From the IMG/VR virus record IMGVR_UViG_3300032237_000145, positions 1 through 40,940 of that record: a stretch of DNA of 40,940 nucleotides. The stretch is one strand, 5' to 3'. Below the pieces are notes generated by a model, which saw only the letters and a list, made by a program, of their open reading frames with translations, was not told the DNA's origin and did no database searches. The position numbers and the translations under genes were made by a program. Position 1 is the first letter of the stretch; the number at the start of each line of letters is the position of its first letter. Source of the DNA: a virus. Its lineage: Duplodnaviria > Caudoviricetes. Positions 23,701-33,051 of this stretch are shown here, one piece after another.

Positions 23701-25755
23701 TTCAATATCCATAATGCAAAGGAAATCCCAGGATACCTTTCTGACAAGGTTGCCCTTGTACAGCGCATGTTTCCTTCATATGAGGCACGTGCAGCAATCC
23801 TCAAGGGTGAAGTAACATCACAGAAACTTGAGAAGTTTCTTGCTCCTTATGCAGACAGGCTATTTGACATTACACCGTCAAACTTCCACTATGAGATTAA
23901 TACATTTGGACAGAGCGGATTTGCTAAGGCAAGCCAGGGTTTTAACAACTTTACAGCAAAGACATTCAACAAGTTAGCATCAGTTGAAAACCCTATCCGC
24001 GCTATGCTATTTGATAAGTTGGCAACTGAGAATGTTGCTAAGAAGATATCATATTTGATGCAACAAGGATTTGATGTTACAACCGATACCTTCAATGCTG
24101 TTCGCCAGGCTGCTGGCCGCGAGGCATTGCAGGACATGGAAAAGACTCTTTACACAGTCAACAACCCTAACCGTTTCATTACATCGCTACGCGGAATTGT
24201 AGCATTTCCTGGTGCAAACGTAAATGCATTTATGCGCTACGGTCGTCTTGCTGCCAAGAATCCAGTTCGAGCAACTGGCGTTCTATCTAACTATGGCAGA
24301 GCATACACTACATTTGGTATTGACGAAAACGGCAATCCAACAGATGATATCAACAAGATTACTCACCTAGTCGTTCCAGGTAGCAAAGAGATTAATGCTG
24401 CTATCGGTGGAAACGCTCAAGGCGTAAAACTCAGTTCTCAGTCACTTGGGTTCCTACTCAACCGACCAGGACCATCATTTATCACTAGCCTCTCAATGGG
24501 TTATGTTATGAAGGAATTCCCTAAGAGCGAATCCGAAATTGAAAACTTCATGACAATCAATGGTACTAACTGGTACAAAGTATTCTACCCTTATGGTGCT
24601 CCAACATCTGTTGCTGACACATTCAGACCACCTTGGCTTAAGGCTGCTATCAATGGCTTTATTGGACCAGAAGGACAAAAGGATTATCTAAGTTCTTGGA
24701 AGTCTATCTATAACTATCATGCAATGTTAGTTGAGATGGGCGTAGAAGAAGATATGCCATCTGACAAGCAAATCAGAGAAGAAGTTAAGGGCCTTTGGCG
24801 CGTTAAGTTCATGTCTACATTTGCCTCACCTTATGCTGGTATTCCTTACAAGATTGATACCAACCCTATGGGTATTGCATCTACATTGTACTACAAGTTA
24901 CAAGACAAGTACAAGATTCAGGGAATGACTAACCAGGAAGCACGCGATGCTGCTGGTCAGGAAATGGTTTCCTTGCTTGGACCTAAGTTCATGCTTGATA
25001 GAGTTTCATTTACTGGTTCAACCAAGAACTTTAATATTCCAGCAACCTATGAAGCATACGCTAGAGTATTTGAAGACAACAACGATTTGGTTGGCAGACT
25101 TGCTAATATCGAACCTGGGGACATTGGTCTTGTTGGTTTGCTTGCAGCAGACCTGAACTACAACCCAACAGAGCAGTCTAACAACATTCTTTCTCTACTT
25201 GCCGACCCTAAGAAGACACTTCCTGGAACAAGCAAGAACTTGAATGAACTCAAGATGACTCCAAAAGAGATTGAGATTGAGCGTCTTAAGCAGCGTACAT
25301 GGGACCAATACATGACAGTAAAGCAGGCTTTAGAAGCCAAGATTACTGATGGTAAGACCCTTCGTGCTCACCCAGAACTAAAGGCTGTTCTTGATAACCT
25401 AGCGGTTACTGCATTTAAAGACCAGAGCCAGGCATGGTACGACCAGTACCAGTTGGCACAGAGTGGCGATAGTTCTTACAAGTATGCTCGAGGTTTGCAA
25501 GAAATTGTAAACGATGAGAAGTTTATGGCTAAGAATGGCAAGAGTCAGTTCTGGCAAGATACAAAAACATTCCTAGATTCTCGCGCTATCTTTACTCAAG
25601 TATACCAGGCTTTGCCTGACTATGACCCACGTAAGGGACAACTTAAAGATGCCTATAATGCTTGGGTTGCAACTAATGCTGCTCAATGGGATGGTAACTT
25701 GAAAACAATTCTTACACGATACTTTGACAATGACTCACTAAAGGCGGTTAACTAA
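20743..25755 (+). CDS. very large internal virion / DNA-ejection protein
   Basis: 1670 aa, mainly helical, between portal and scaffold; size and position typical of podovirus ejection proteins. Confidence 0.6.
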   Translation: MALFNSFLSTLGTGLKTVTGGGDYLSEEERKKQEALNSTIKNAIADVDKVTSNIPGNKIAKAAVKVTGDFLLGTAKKFNDKVYSPLISRPISTLGLLSDTTSPLYKKGQYEQGFQFSDIQAAYDRSAKVSAMQALTKSSLVPLISETVLSYGKINLDDVNLWEDESIKKNFVDNAVGRWYTGVGDFVVGNKGISAAGKISKVAAIKIAKPLGLYTKGKTVDQLAADMETGILHGTTNGAQGTQTVAGSHVLLLAGTKDWGVIEDLVKKYSTNERLIPIIHDASDPNVVKDLILADKGNTQAMERLASTASDKLFDMSNVKAQIQNKVLQTGEAYLPGPVSAARLQQAFDAAIENNPQFKRIKDAFFDANYNPIVGGKDFMPLEPTFGTSTLIKGQEKLRGVKTAIRNREYENVANFAETTFGETLGGLVVKGVRLAGRGTEALPTGFVSFSGMRPLQARVELKGFLDNLELLRDGTKSIETSPGVFEKTSVVRQRLEDQYLSTLGQDSILQVNALKAIDTQIGNMIAFKAGMYNQAEINSYISKFQMNTSKGIESAKNNGFGIGHDGNVTLIDPQTVRQIAESYRFTPWDDIERQINIETTKGLKGKARAAQRLRQNVFQDLNSLWSYDVLARPSYAFKQSLFEPIISAGLSQGIHFVINDIVRNGASMASKNVYNWSNDILRRKVVNRSEYKAVADNVNDKSKALELAIRMKMTAQASVEELLTTASPATKAQHLTAAQKELKAASKIVDSIELELRDAMVPYGGVEAVPSMATLERRVKYLSEYEKVDLVALNEAQDAIDNYKKVISNLATNKQVIMDADKAVEDAYVKIDAALKELGEARVKQADVFGKSAKFKERYYSKEKHTFIIKGQQVSVDSFIQEQSAGQTNYFTSAVREETKNGRTSTLNFLGELATGQTASMIKRKAPLARIGVQDATYFEELAHIANRQYRGDELMNLIFAETSMDELIVWSKTNSGKAYLKNPAFNIHNAKEIPGYLSDKVALVQRMFPSYEARAAILKGEVTSQKLEKFLAPYADRLFDITPSNFHYEINTFGQSGFAKASQGFNNFTAKTFNKLASVENPIRAMLFDKLATENVAKKISYLMQQGFDVTTDTFNAVRQAAGREALQDMEKTLYTVNNPNRFITSLRGIVAFPGANVNAFMRYGRLAAKNPVRATGVLSNYGRAYTTFGIDENGNPTDDINKITHLVVPGSKEINAAIGGNAQGVKLSSQSLGFLLNRPGPSFITSLSMGYVMKEFPKSESEIENFMTINGTNWYKVFYPYGAPTSVADTFRPPWLKAAINGFIGPEGQKDYLSSWKSIYNYHAMLVEMGVEEDMPSDKQIREEVKGLWRVKFMSTFASPYAGIPYKIDTNPMGIASTLYYKLQDKYKIQGMTNQEARDAAGQEMVSLLGPKFMLDRVSFTGSTKNFNIPATYEAYARVFEDNNDLVGRLANIEPGDIGLVGLLAADLNYNPTEQSNNILSLLADPKKTLPGTSKNLNELKMTPKEIEIERLKQRTWDQYMTVKQALEAKITDGKTLRAHPELKAVLDNLAVTAFKDQSQAWYDQYQLAQSGDSSYKYARGLQEIVNDEKFMAKNGKSQFWQDTKTFLDSRAIFTQVYQALPDYDPRKGQLKDAYNAWVATNAAQWDGNLKTILTRYFDNDSLKAVN

Positions 25756-25756
25756 C

Positions 25757-26701
25757 ATGGCTCTTACACCAGAGCAAGTACCTTTTGATGAGAACAAGGA
25801 TGGCAAGTTAACTGGTTCAGAAATGACCAATTACACTGCTCAAACAATTGCCAATGCTTTTGCAAATGACACATCTGCTAACCCAAAATCTGGTACAGAC
25901 GTATCAACTTCTGTTACTAAGTTAACTCCAGAATCTGCTCGCGCTCTTATGGAGACGGCAGCAGAGGCTGCAGACTATATGGGCAAGTTCTCAAGTGCAG
26001 ATGTTGCACAGTTTATGAGAGAATTTGATGCAGAACAAAAACTCCAGGTTGAAAAGGTTATTACAACTACAGCCCAGAAAACAACTCCAGGCGCGACTGC
26101 TGGAGCAATTGATAAGACTGCTTCTAACACAGCAAAAACACAATTTCCTTCATTCTTCAAACCTGCTGAGTTTGCATCTGACTGGGTATGGTCAAAGATT
26201 AACTTCAAAGATGAAGCGACTCTTGGTACTAAGTCAGTCACAGCATTATCGCAGGTTCGCAACCTTATTGACCAATTCCAACTTCTTGGAGTCTCTGATG
26301 CCGAAGCAAAGATTGCTGCAAAGCAGATTGCTATGGGTAAGAAGACTATTGCTGATTATACTACAGAATTACAGCAAGTTGCTATCAAGGAATACCCACA
26401 GTTTGCGGATAGATTCAAACTAGACCCAACTCTTACAACATATGATATTGCTTCTCCTGTTATCAATATGGTTGCTAAGACTCTAGAAATTGACCCTAAG
26501 ACTGTTGGTATGAATCATCCAATTGTATTGGCGTACACACATTATGCTGGTGCTGATGGCAAGGGTACACCTCCATCATACTATGACCTACTTCTTAAGA
26601 CAAAGCAGTTGCCTGAATACCAGAAGACTCAACAAGCGAATAATGAAGCACGTGACTCAGCATCGTCACTTGCTAAAGCATTAGGATATGGATTAGTATA
26701 A
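25757..26701 (+). CDS. putative internal virion protein
   Basis: 314 aa helical, coupled to neighbours. Confidence 0.5.
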   Translation: MALTPEQVPFDENKDGKLTGSEMTNYTAQTIANAFANDTSANPKSGTDVSTSVTKLTPESARALMETAAEAADYMGKFSSADVAQFMREFDAEQKLQVEKVITTTAQKTTPGATAGAIDKTASNTAKTQFPSFFKPAEFASDWVWSKINFKDEATLGTKSVTALSQVRNLIDQFQLLGVSDAEAKIAAKQIAMGKKTIADYTTELQQVAIKEYPQFADRFKLDPTLTTYDIASPVINMVAKTLEIDPKTVGMNHPIVLAYTHYAGADGKGTPPSYYDLLLKTKQLPEYQKTQQANNEARDSASSLAKALGYGLV

Positions 26702-28008
26702 TGGCTACGCCTAAAGAACTAGAACCTACAGTCACTATTGGTGGCGCTCCTGCAGGCTACAAGCCAACTACACAGTTGGGTCCAACAGCATCATTCGGTG
26801 GAGCACCTGCTGCATATGCGCAAGTTCCGACACCCAATTTTATTACAGGACAAGGTGTTCCTGGAGTTGACCAATCAAGTTTTACTACTCCTTATCGCGG
26901 ATTCCGCGCAGCAGAAGACGCATCTAATGTTAACGCACCTGCATATACACCTACTCCCGTAGTGGAAACAGGCGGAGGGAACACTTTTCCCAAGGCTGGA
27001 ACACTACTTCGTTATAAGCCTGGCAAAACACCTGGTTCACGCATTCCTGTATATGCTGATGGTACTGGTGGAGAATTTGATGGAGAAGAGACTAACAATC
27101 CAGTAAATCCAGGAAGCACTGGCTTCACAGACACTGGTGTGGTAACTCTTGCTGCAAATACTTTTGCTAATACACTTGCTCTTCTTATGGGTGAACTCGA
27201 AGCAAGTCAACCTTGGGTTGAGGAACTTCGTGGTATAACTCAAGGATTTATCAATACTGGCTCAACAGTTGATGAAGCAATTAACCTTGCTCTACGCGAC
27301 GCTAAAGCGCAAGGCAAAGCAAGCAAGTTCGTAAATCGTTTTTCTGCTATCTTTAAGTTGCAAGATAGACTTAATGCTGGTGAAACTGTACAGGTTCCAT
27401 CTATTGCTGATTATATAAAGTCAGAGCAGGCACTTGGTGATGTACTTCGTTCCGTTAATCTAGGCGACCTAGCAACACAGGAAGTGGCTGCAAAGATTCT
27501 TGGCGATGCCAATAAATCTGTAGCAGAAGCAACATCAATTATTGCAGACGTATTTGGTGCAATTGACAATGCACCAGAAGCACTTAAGAATGATTTAAAG
27601 ACATACTTCCCTGGAGCAGATAGAACCTCAATTGCTAAGGCATTATTGCTTGGTAAAGAAGGCGCTGATGAACTTACCAAGAAGGTTAAGAGCATCGAGC
27701 AACTTTCTGCTGCCAAATCACAAGGTGTTAATATTGACCTAGCAACTGGTGCAGACCTTGCTGCTGGTGGGGCAACTTATGGTACATCACTTGGCAAGTT
27801 TGCAACAGTAAAGCAACTAGAGCGTGGACAAACTCTCGGTCAGATGAGCGGTATTGACTTTACTCAGAATGAAGCAATTGCATCAACATTTAGTTCTAGT
27901 GCTGCTGCGGATGAAAAGATTCGCAAAATCAACGAAGAAGAACAAAATAGATTTGCTGCCAGAACTGGAAGACTTGCCTCACAGACTAGGGCATCTAACC
28001 AAGTCTAA
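26701..28008 (+). CDS. putative internal virion protein
   Basis: 435 aa, P/G/T-rich N-terminus, helical C-terminus; TAATG-type coupling. Confidence 0.5.
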   Translation: MATPKELEPTVTIGGAPAGYKPTTQLGPTASFGGAPAAYAQVPTPNFITGQGVPGVDQSSFTTPYRGFRAAEDASNVNAPAYTPTPVVETGGGNTFPKAGTLLRYKPGKTPGSRIPVYADGTGGEFDGEETNNPVNPGSTGFTDTGVVTLAANTFANTLALLMGELEASQPWVEELRGITQGFINTGSTVDEAINLALRDAKAQGKASKFVNRFSAIFKLQDRLNAGETVQVPSIADYIKSEQALGDVLRSVNLGDLATQEVAAKILGDANKSVAEATSIIADVFGAIDNAPEALKNDLKTYFPGADRTSIAKALLLGKEGADELTKKVKSIEQLSAAKSQGVNIDLATGADLAAGGATYGTSLGKFATVKQLERGQTLGQMSGIDFTQNEAIASTFSSSAAADEKIRKINEEEQNRFAARTGRLASQTRASNQV

Positions 28009-28009
28009 A

Positions 28010-28127
28010 TAGAATCCTGAACGGACCCATCGGCCCCGTCAGAGTAATAGACCGATAGCAAGAGCCAACCTGGTTCCCCGACCAGCAATTGAGGCTTGCG
28101 ACTACAACGAATAGAAGGGTGGTTGCT
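28010..28127 (+). promoter_or_regulatory. structured 5' leader of scaffold/capsid operon
   Basis: TAGAAT (28010-28015), pseudoknot-capable hairpin and nested hairpin before SD. Confidence 0.45.
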
Positions 28128-28610
28128 ATGAGCAACAACTACTGGGATGACGAAGACGAAGACCTAGATACAGAAACAGAAACACCAATGGACGGAAGCG
28201 ACCTCTTAAAGAAGTTGCGTAAAGCCAAGCGTGCAGATGAGAAGCGTATCAAAGACCTCACTGAGCAACTTGAGACATTGTCCAAGGGGCAGCGTGAGCG
28301 TATCGTCAAAGAAACCCTAGAAAAGAAGGGTGTGAATCCAAAGGCAATACGTTTGGTCCTAAAGGACTTGGATGATGTTAACGAAGAGTCAGTGAATAAC
28401 TGGCTTGATGATAACGCAGACTTGTTTGGACTAGAAGTTCGCCAGGATGCGCCTGAAACGAATAACCAAAACCGCGCTGCATTACGTCAGCAGGACATGG
28501 TTACTCAGGGTGCAACAACACCTGACAGGGCTGAAGACATGGAGATGAGAATTGCTAACGCTAACTCAGCGGAAGAAATCATCAACATGATTTACGGCTC
28601 ACAAAACTAA
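28128..28610 (+). CDS. capsid scaffolding protein
   Basis: acidic N-terminus, coiled coil, directly upstream of capsid; ATG at 28128. Confidence 0.8.
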   Translation: MSNNYWDDEDEDLDTETETPMDGSDLLKKLRKAKRADEKRIKDLTEQLETLSKGQRERIVKETLEKKGVNPKAIRLVLKDLDDVNEESVNNWLDDNADLFGLEVRQDAPETNNQNRAALRQQDMVTQGATTPDRAEDMEMRIANANSAEEIINMIYGSQN

Positions 28611-28645
28611 TCATAGTTTCTAACTACAAAAAGGAAATAACCTAA

Positions 28646-29602
28646 ATGGCTAACGCATACGTATCCACAGACTCCGCCTCTCTCGGCGGAACCGCTGGTG
28701 GTGCTGGTTTAGTACAGAAGGCTTATGACCGACTTCTCGAGTTCGCGCTCCGTTCAGAGCCACTCATTCGTTCAGTCGCAGATAAGCGTCCTGCTAAGCA
28801 AGCAATCCCAGGCTCAACAGTAGTGCTACAGCGCTACGTAGACCTTTCACCAACAACAACTGCTCTCACAGAGACAGTTGACCCAGATGCAGTAGCAATG
28901 TCTACACCGACATCAGTTACAATTACTCTTAACGAGTACGGTAACTCTGTCCTTGTAACACGTGCTTTGGAACTCTTCAGCCTCGCTGATGTAGACCCAG
29001 CAATTGCTAACATCATCGCGTTCAACCTTGCAGATTCAATTGACGCAGTAGCAATGGCAACATTGCGTGCTGGAACAAACGTAATCTACGCAGGTTCAAC
29101 AGCAACATCAACAGCAACAATCACTGCTGCTGCAACGCTTTCTTCTGCTAACGTCCGCAAGGCCGTTGCTAAGTTGCGTTCTGGTAAGTCAGTTGCTCGC
29201 AAGGGTTCACTCTACTGGGCTGGTATCCACCCAGAAGTTTCACACGACCTTCGCGCTGAAACAGGTTCAGCAGGATGGCTCCTTCCAAATCAGTACGGTT
29301 CTGCACAGGACCGCATCTGGGCGGGAGAAATTGGTACATACGAAGGTGCATACTTCGTAGAGTCACCACGTCTATACAACGCTACAGACGGAGCATCATC
29401 TGCTCGTAACTACCGCACAATCATTGCTGGACAGCAGGCGCTTGCAGAAGCAGTTGCTGAAGAGCCACATGTAGTCATCGGACCAGTCGTTGACAAGTTG
29501 ATGCGTCACCGCCCAATGGGTTGGTACGGCGTACTCGGCTTTGCTCGCTACCGCGAAGAAGCACTATACCGAATCGAATCAGGTTCATCAATCGCTTCAT
29601 AA
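28646..29602 (+). CDS. major capsid protein
   Basis: 318 aa, strongly biased codons, 'VTITLNEYGN', 'IHPEV.HDL', 'GEIG.YEG..FVES', 'GWYG..G'. Confidence 0.9.
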   Translation: MANAYVSTDSASLGGTAGGAGLVQKAYDRLLEFALRSEPLIRSVADKRPAKQAIPGSTVVLQRYVDLSPTTTALTETVDPDAVAMSTPTSVTITLNEYGNSVLVTRALELFSLADVDPAIANIIAFNLADSIDAVAMATLRAGTNVIYAGSTATSTATITAAATLSSANVRKAVAKLRSGKSVARKGSLYWAGIHPEVSHDLRAETGSAGWLLPNQYGSAQDRIWAGEIGTYEGAYFVESPRLYNATDGASSARNYRTIIAGQQALAEAVAEEPHVVIGPVVDKLMRHRPMGWYGVLGFARYREEALYRIESGSSIAS

Positions 29603-29612
29603 TTGATTGACG

Positions 29613-29640
29613 GGTGGGGCTAGGGAAACCTAGCCTCATC
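29613..29640 (+). terminator. 12-bp GNRA-capped hairpin after capsid gene (terminator/attenuator or mRNA stabiliser)
   Basis: GGTGGGGCTAGG-GAAA-CCTAGCCTCATC, no U-tract. Confidence 0.6.
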
Positions 29641-29663
29641 AGTAAGTTCATTAAGGAGAACTA

Positions 29664-29933
29664 ATGGCAAATTGGACGTTTACAACACCATATGTACTGG
29701 AAGGTCCATCTGGCGGTCATAGATTGTTTTACTTTGCCAACTTGCGCAAGGGTATTACAATCGTTAAAACTGATGGAGAGTATTATCAAACTCGATATCC
29801 AGTAGAAGAAGACCTACTGACATATGAAGAAGTTTACCGAGGCGGATACGCACATACGGTAAATGATGCAACAAAGGCGGCACTAATTGCAGGGGGCGTA
29901 GATGTCACGGAAGCAAACTTTAAAGCACAGTGA
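29664..29933 (+). CDS. hypothetical virion-module protein
   Basis: 89 aa, AAGGAG SD. Confidence 0.6.
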   Translation: MANWTFTTPYVLEGPSGGHRLFYFANLRKGITIVKTDGEYYQTRYPVEEDLLTYEEVYRGGYAHTVNDATKAALIAGGVDVTEANFKAQ

Positions 29934-30375
29934 TTGTGACCATATTACTAAGATTGTATCTTGGTCATATAAGTTAGTCGATGGCGATGTCAAATCTATG
30001 GTAGACCTATACGGTTGTACTAGTTGTGATGAGACATCAGATAAACCATTTATCTCAAATACTTTTGGTACTGTAGACCACACCAAATGTGGTGGGCCAT
30101 ACGAGTGTTTTGGATGCAAGGCAAAAGGATTACAACTTAGTACTGGAGATGCCTCAAGGGACATCCCAGACAAGAAGTGGACATCCGAGTTGGCAGCATA
30201 CCGTGATGCGAGAGCACAGGGTATCCAACCAGGTGGGACTACAAGAGCCCACATCGAAGCAGCGCATACTGCATCAGAGACATTAGGCACAGCATACAAT
30301 TCAGAGAAGATGCCTAAGGCACATGAGATTACCAAGAAAACAGCCGAAGTTATGAAAGAGATTGGACAAGTATAA
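29902..30375 (+). CDS. hypothetical protein with Cys/His Zn-binding motifs
   Basis: CDH...CTSC and H..C...CFGC. Confidence 0.55.
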   Translation: MSRKQTLKHSDCDHITKIVSWSYKLVDGDVKSMVDLYGCTSCDETSDKPFISNTFGTVDHTKCGGPYECFGCKAKGLQLSTGDASRDIPDKKWTSELAAYRDARAQGIQPGGTTRAHIEAAHTASETLGTAYNSEKMPKAHEITKKTAEVMKEIGQV

Positions 30376-32039
30376 TGGCACTTACAAAAGGGCAAAAGGA
30401 AGCAATCCAGCGCCAAGCAAAGAAAAACATTGCAAAACGTGCTGCTACGCAGCGTACCAAGATTAGCGCATCGGAAGCCCGTACAGTAAGTAACAAGATG
30501 AACAAGCGCCCTGGTGCGACTAAGCAACCTTTCATCCGTCAGGATGTTGCTCTACTCAGCAAGAGCGAGAAGAACACCCTTGGTGCTACATCTAAGGCCA
30601 ATGCCGCCAAAGAGAAGTTTATCCAAAAGAATCGTAGTTTTGCTAAAGGCGAAGGCAAGTTGCCAGTTAAGCAGCGTGTTGGAACCAAGTCCGAGTACAA
30701 GCAACTAGGCAGAGAAATTGAAACACGCAAGCAACTAATTGCTCGAGGCAAGGTTGCCCGTGCATCACAGGCTGCCCGCGCAGCAAACCCAGCACCAGCA
30801 AAGGCAACAACATTAACAAAGGCGGTAACACCAGTGGCCACAAAGAAAACTACTTCAAAGCCAAAGGTAACTAAGGCACAGATTAGGTCAGTTGAAAAGC
30901 AGTTAAAGTCACTGCCTAAAGCTCCACCAATGAAGAAGTCAGAAATTAAAAAGTTTGAAAGTTTTGTTGATAATCTTGCAGCAAACCACAAGAACCCTAA
31001 TCGAACATCTGGAACCGCAAAGGTCACTGACAGACGTTCTCTTGCAGAAAAGAAAATGTCAAAGGCTGCTGCTCTTAAAGAAATATCTAAGGGTACTGCA
31101 ACAACTAAGCCTTCTACTGCTGCAGTTAAGAAGAGAACAGTTCCCAACACAAACAAAACTCTAACTAAGTCACCTAAATTGCAGACACTTGAGCAGGCTA
31201 AAGCATCTGCCCCAAAGCCAATGCTCGGACCACGTAGACCAACTGCTGAAGAGTTTAAGACTACAATGTCTAAGGCTCCTTCAAATGCTCCACTAAAGCC
31301 AGCAGGTAAGATTTCATCTGCTGCTGGTGCAGCCAAGAGAGCAGTCGGTTCTACTAAAGCAGCACAGACAATCAAGGCTGCGTCACAGACTAGTGTTGCC
31401 AAGAATGTTGCCGCTAAGGCATCTGCATCTAAGGCTGTTAAGGTGGCCAAAGTTGGCGGTAAACTTGCTGGTAAAGCAGTTAAGATTGGGCAGGTTGTAG
31501 GAGCAGCACGCGAAGCAGCACAGGTTGTTAGCGGTCAGGCTGAAAAAGACTTCCGTCGCATTCAAGCACTTGAGAATCGTATTGCTATTGCTAAGGGCCA
31601 GAAGCCAAAGTACACAACAACTGGTTCTAATAAGAATCTTCTGTCATCTATTAAGACAGATGTAGGCAATGCTGCAAATATTCTTACTGCAGGCATGATT
31701 GGTAAGACACGTAAGGACCGTTTACAGGAACTTAAGACAACACTTGCTAAGACTAAAAAGGTTACTCCAAGCAAGCCAGCGGCAAGCAACAAGCCTGCAG
31801 CAGGTGCTCCTAAGCCAGCAGCAGGTAATAAGCCCGCAGCAATCACAGGAAACAAGTATCGCGTAAACGCTGGAGATACCCTATCAGGTATTGCTTCACG
31901 CGCTGGAGTTTCACTGAAAGACCTGCGTTCTGCTAATCCACAGATTACAGACCCACGTAAGATTTACCGCAATACAGGAGTTGTAATACCTAAAGGTGGC
32001 AAGGTGCCAACAGGTGGATATACTAAGAAGGCGAAATAA
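30375..32039 (+). CDS. Lys/Ala-rich (histone H1-like composition) protein with C-terminal LysM domain
   Basis: 'YRVNAGDTLSGIASRAGVSLKDLRSANPQITDPRKIY...VVIP' is a LysM signature; preceding ~490 aa are K/A/T/S-rich. Confidence 0.8.
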   Translation: MALTKGQKEAIQRQAKKNIAKRAATQRTKISASEARTVSNKMNKRPGATKQPFIRQDVALLSKSEKNTLGATSKANAAKEKFIQKNRSFAKGEGKLPVKQRVGTKSEYKQLGREIETRKQLIARGKVARASQAARAANPAPAKATTLTKAVTPVATKKTTSKPKVTKAQIRSVEKQLKSLPKAPPMKKSEIKKFESFVDNLAANHKNPNRTSGTAKVTDRRSLAEKKMSKAAALKEISKGTATTKPSTAAVKKRTVPNTNKTLTKSPKLQTLEQAKASAPKPMLGPRRPTAEEFKTTMSKAPSNAPLKPAGKISSAAGAAKRAVGSTKAAQTIKAASQTSVAKNVAAKASASKAVKVAKVGGKLAGKAVKIGQVVGAAREAAQVVSGQAEKDFRRIQALENRIAIAKGQKPKYTTTGSNKNLLSSIKTDVGNAANILTAGMIGKTRKDRLQELKTTLAKTKKVTPSKPAASNKPAAGAPKPAAGNKPAAITGNKYRVNAGDTLSGIASRAGVSLKDLRSANPQITDPRKIYRNTGVVIPKGGKVPTGGYTKKAK

Positions 32040-32041
32040 TC

Positions 32042-32206
32042 ATGGCTAAAATTGAAATGTATGCATCAAAGGCAGCACTTAAGAAGCATGAAAAGGGCGA
32101 AGGCTCAAAGATGCAGATGATGGAAAATAAAAAGGGAATTAAGAACGTTGTCAAGAAGACAACTAAGAAGGCAATGCCTATGAAGAAGATGGGCAAGAAG
32201 AAGTAA
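32042..32206 (+). CDS. 54-aa Lys/Met-rich basic protein (not in track)
   Basis: MAKIEMYASKAALKKHEKGEGSKMQMMENKKGIKNVVKKTTKKAMPMKKMGKKK. Confidence 0.65.
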   Translation: MAKIEMYASKAALKKHEKGEGSKMQMMENKKGIKNVVKKTTKKAMPMKKMGKKK

Positions 32207-32433
32207 TGGCTGCGAAGTACCAGGACACCAAGAAGGCAAAGGCTCAGGCAGATAAGATGTCTGCTGAGATTGCCAAGAAACTTGGCTATGACTCTCCAAA
32301 GACTAAGACTGCGCCAACACCTAAGGCAACTAAAAAGCCAGTGATTACTCCACGCAAACGCCTTGATGTATCAAAGATGACACCAGCGCAGAAGATTGCA
32401 TACTACCAGCAACAAGGGTATGACAACTACTAA
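32206..32433 (+). CDS. 75-aa basic protein
   Basis: K-rich, TAATG-coupled on both sides. Confidence 0.65.
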   Translation: MAAKYQDTKKAKAQADKMSAEIAKKLGYDSPKTKTAPTPKATKKPVITPRKRLDVSKMTPAQKIAYYQQQGYDNY

Positions 32434-32579
32434 TGAAGAAGACTAAGACCCAGAAGGTCATGCATGAGTTCAAGACGGGAACTCTCCACTCTGGTAAGGG
32501 TGGTAAGGTAGTCAAGTCGCGTAAGCAAGCAATTGCTATCGCACTATCAGAAGCAGCCAAGGCAAAGAAGAAGAAATAA
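32433..32579 (+). CDS. 48-aa basic protein, DUF6496-like (not in track)
   Basis: KVMHEFKTGTLHSGKGGKVVKSRKQAIAIALSEA. Confidence 0.75.
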   Translation: MKKTKTQKVMHEFKTGTLHSGKGGKVVKSRKQAIAIALSEAAKAKKKK

Positions 32580-32866
32580 TGACAGCAGCGTGGACACGTA
32601 AAGAAGGCAAGAACCCTAAGGGTGGCCTAAATGCGAAGGGCAGAGCATCCTACAAGGGTGGAACCCTCAAGGCACCCGTAAAGAGCGGCGACAACCCCCG
32701 TAGAGCCTCATTCTTGGCACGTATGGGCGGTATGCCTGGGCCAGAACGTAAGCCTAATGGCGAGCCAACAAGATTGCTCCTATCGCTCAATGCATGGGGT
32801 GCAAGTTCTAAGGCAGATGCCAAGAGAAAAGCAGCAGCAATATCTAAGAGAAATAAAGGAAAATAA
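32579..32866 (+). CDS. basic protein, DUF6321-like
   Basis: 'AWTRKEGKNPKGGLNAKGRASY...RRASFLARM'. Confidence 0.7.
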   Translation: MTAAWTRKEGKNPKGGLNAKGRASYKGGTLKAPVKSGDNPRRASFLARMGGMPGPERKPNGEPTRLLLSLNAWGASSKADAKRKAAAISKRNKGK

Positions 32867-33036
32867 TGTTTAAATCAAAGATTCGCAAGGCTGCAAAAGA
32901 CCACAGCAGCATGGCACAGATGTATAAGCCAGCATCATCACCTGGCATCCTAGCAGCAATTATGCGTCCCCCACTAACACGCGGAGACACTAGCCCAGTT
33001 GGCAAGCCAACTCAAACGGATACACGAAAGAAGTAA
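32866..33036 (+). CDS. 56-aa basic protein (not in track)
   Basis: MFKSKIRKAAKDHSSMAQMYKPASSPGILAAIMRPPLTRGDTSPVGKPTQTDTRKK; TAATG-coupled. Confidence 0.55.
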   Translation: MFKSKIRKAAKDHSSMAQMYKPASSPGILAAIMRPPLTRGDTSPVGKPTQTDTRKK

Positions 33037-33051
33037 TCAAAGGTGGGGACA

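Noticed and set aside
20743-25755. Tape-measure protein or virion RNA polymerase
   Set aside because: No tail-tube/chaperone context or periodic aromatic repeats, and no polymerase motifs recognised; position fits an internal ejection protein
30539-31450. 303-aa minus-strand ORF, and similar antisense ORFs at 35486-35779, 35951-36568 and 29883-30527
   Set aside because: Shadow frames of low-complexity or codon-biased plus-strand genes; no SD or recognisable motifs
33011-33022. CAAACGGATA as another palindrome copy
   Set aside because: Only a half-site inside a coding region far from the cluster; compatible with chance
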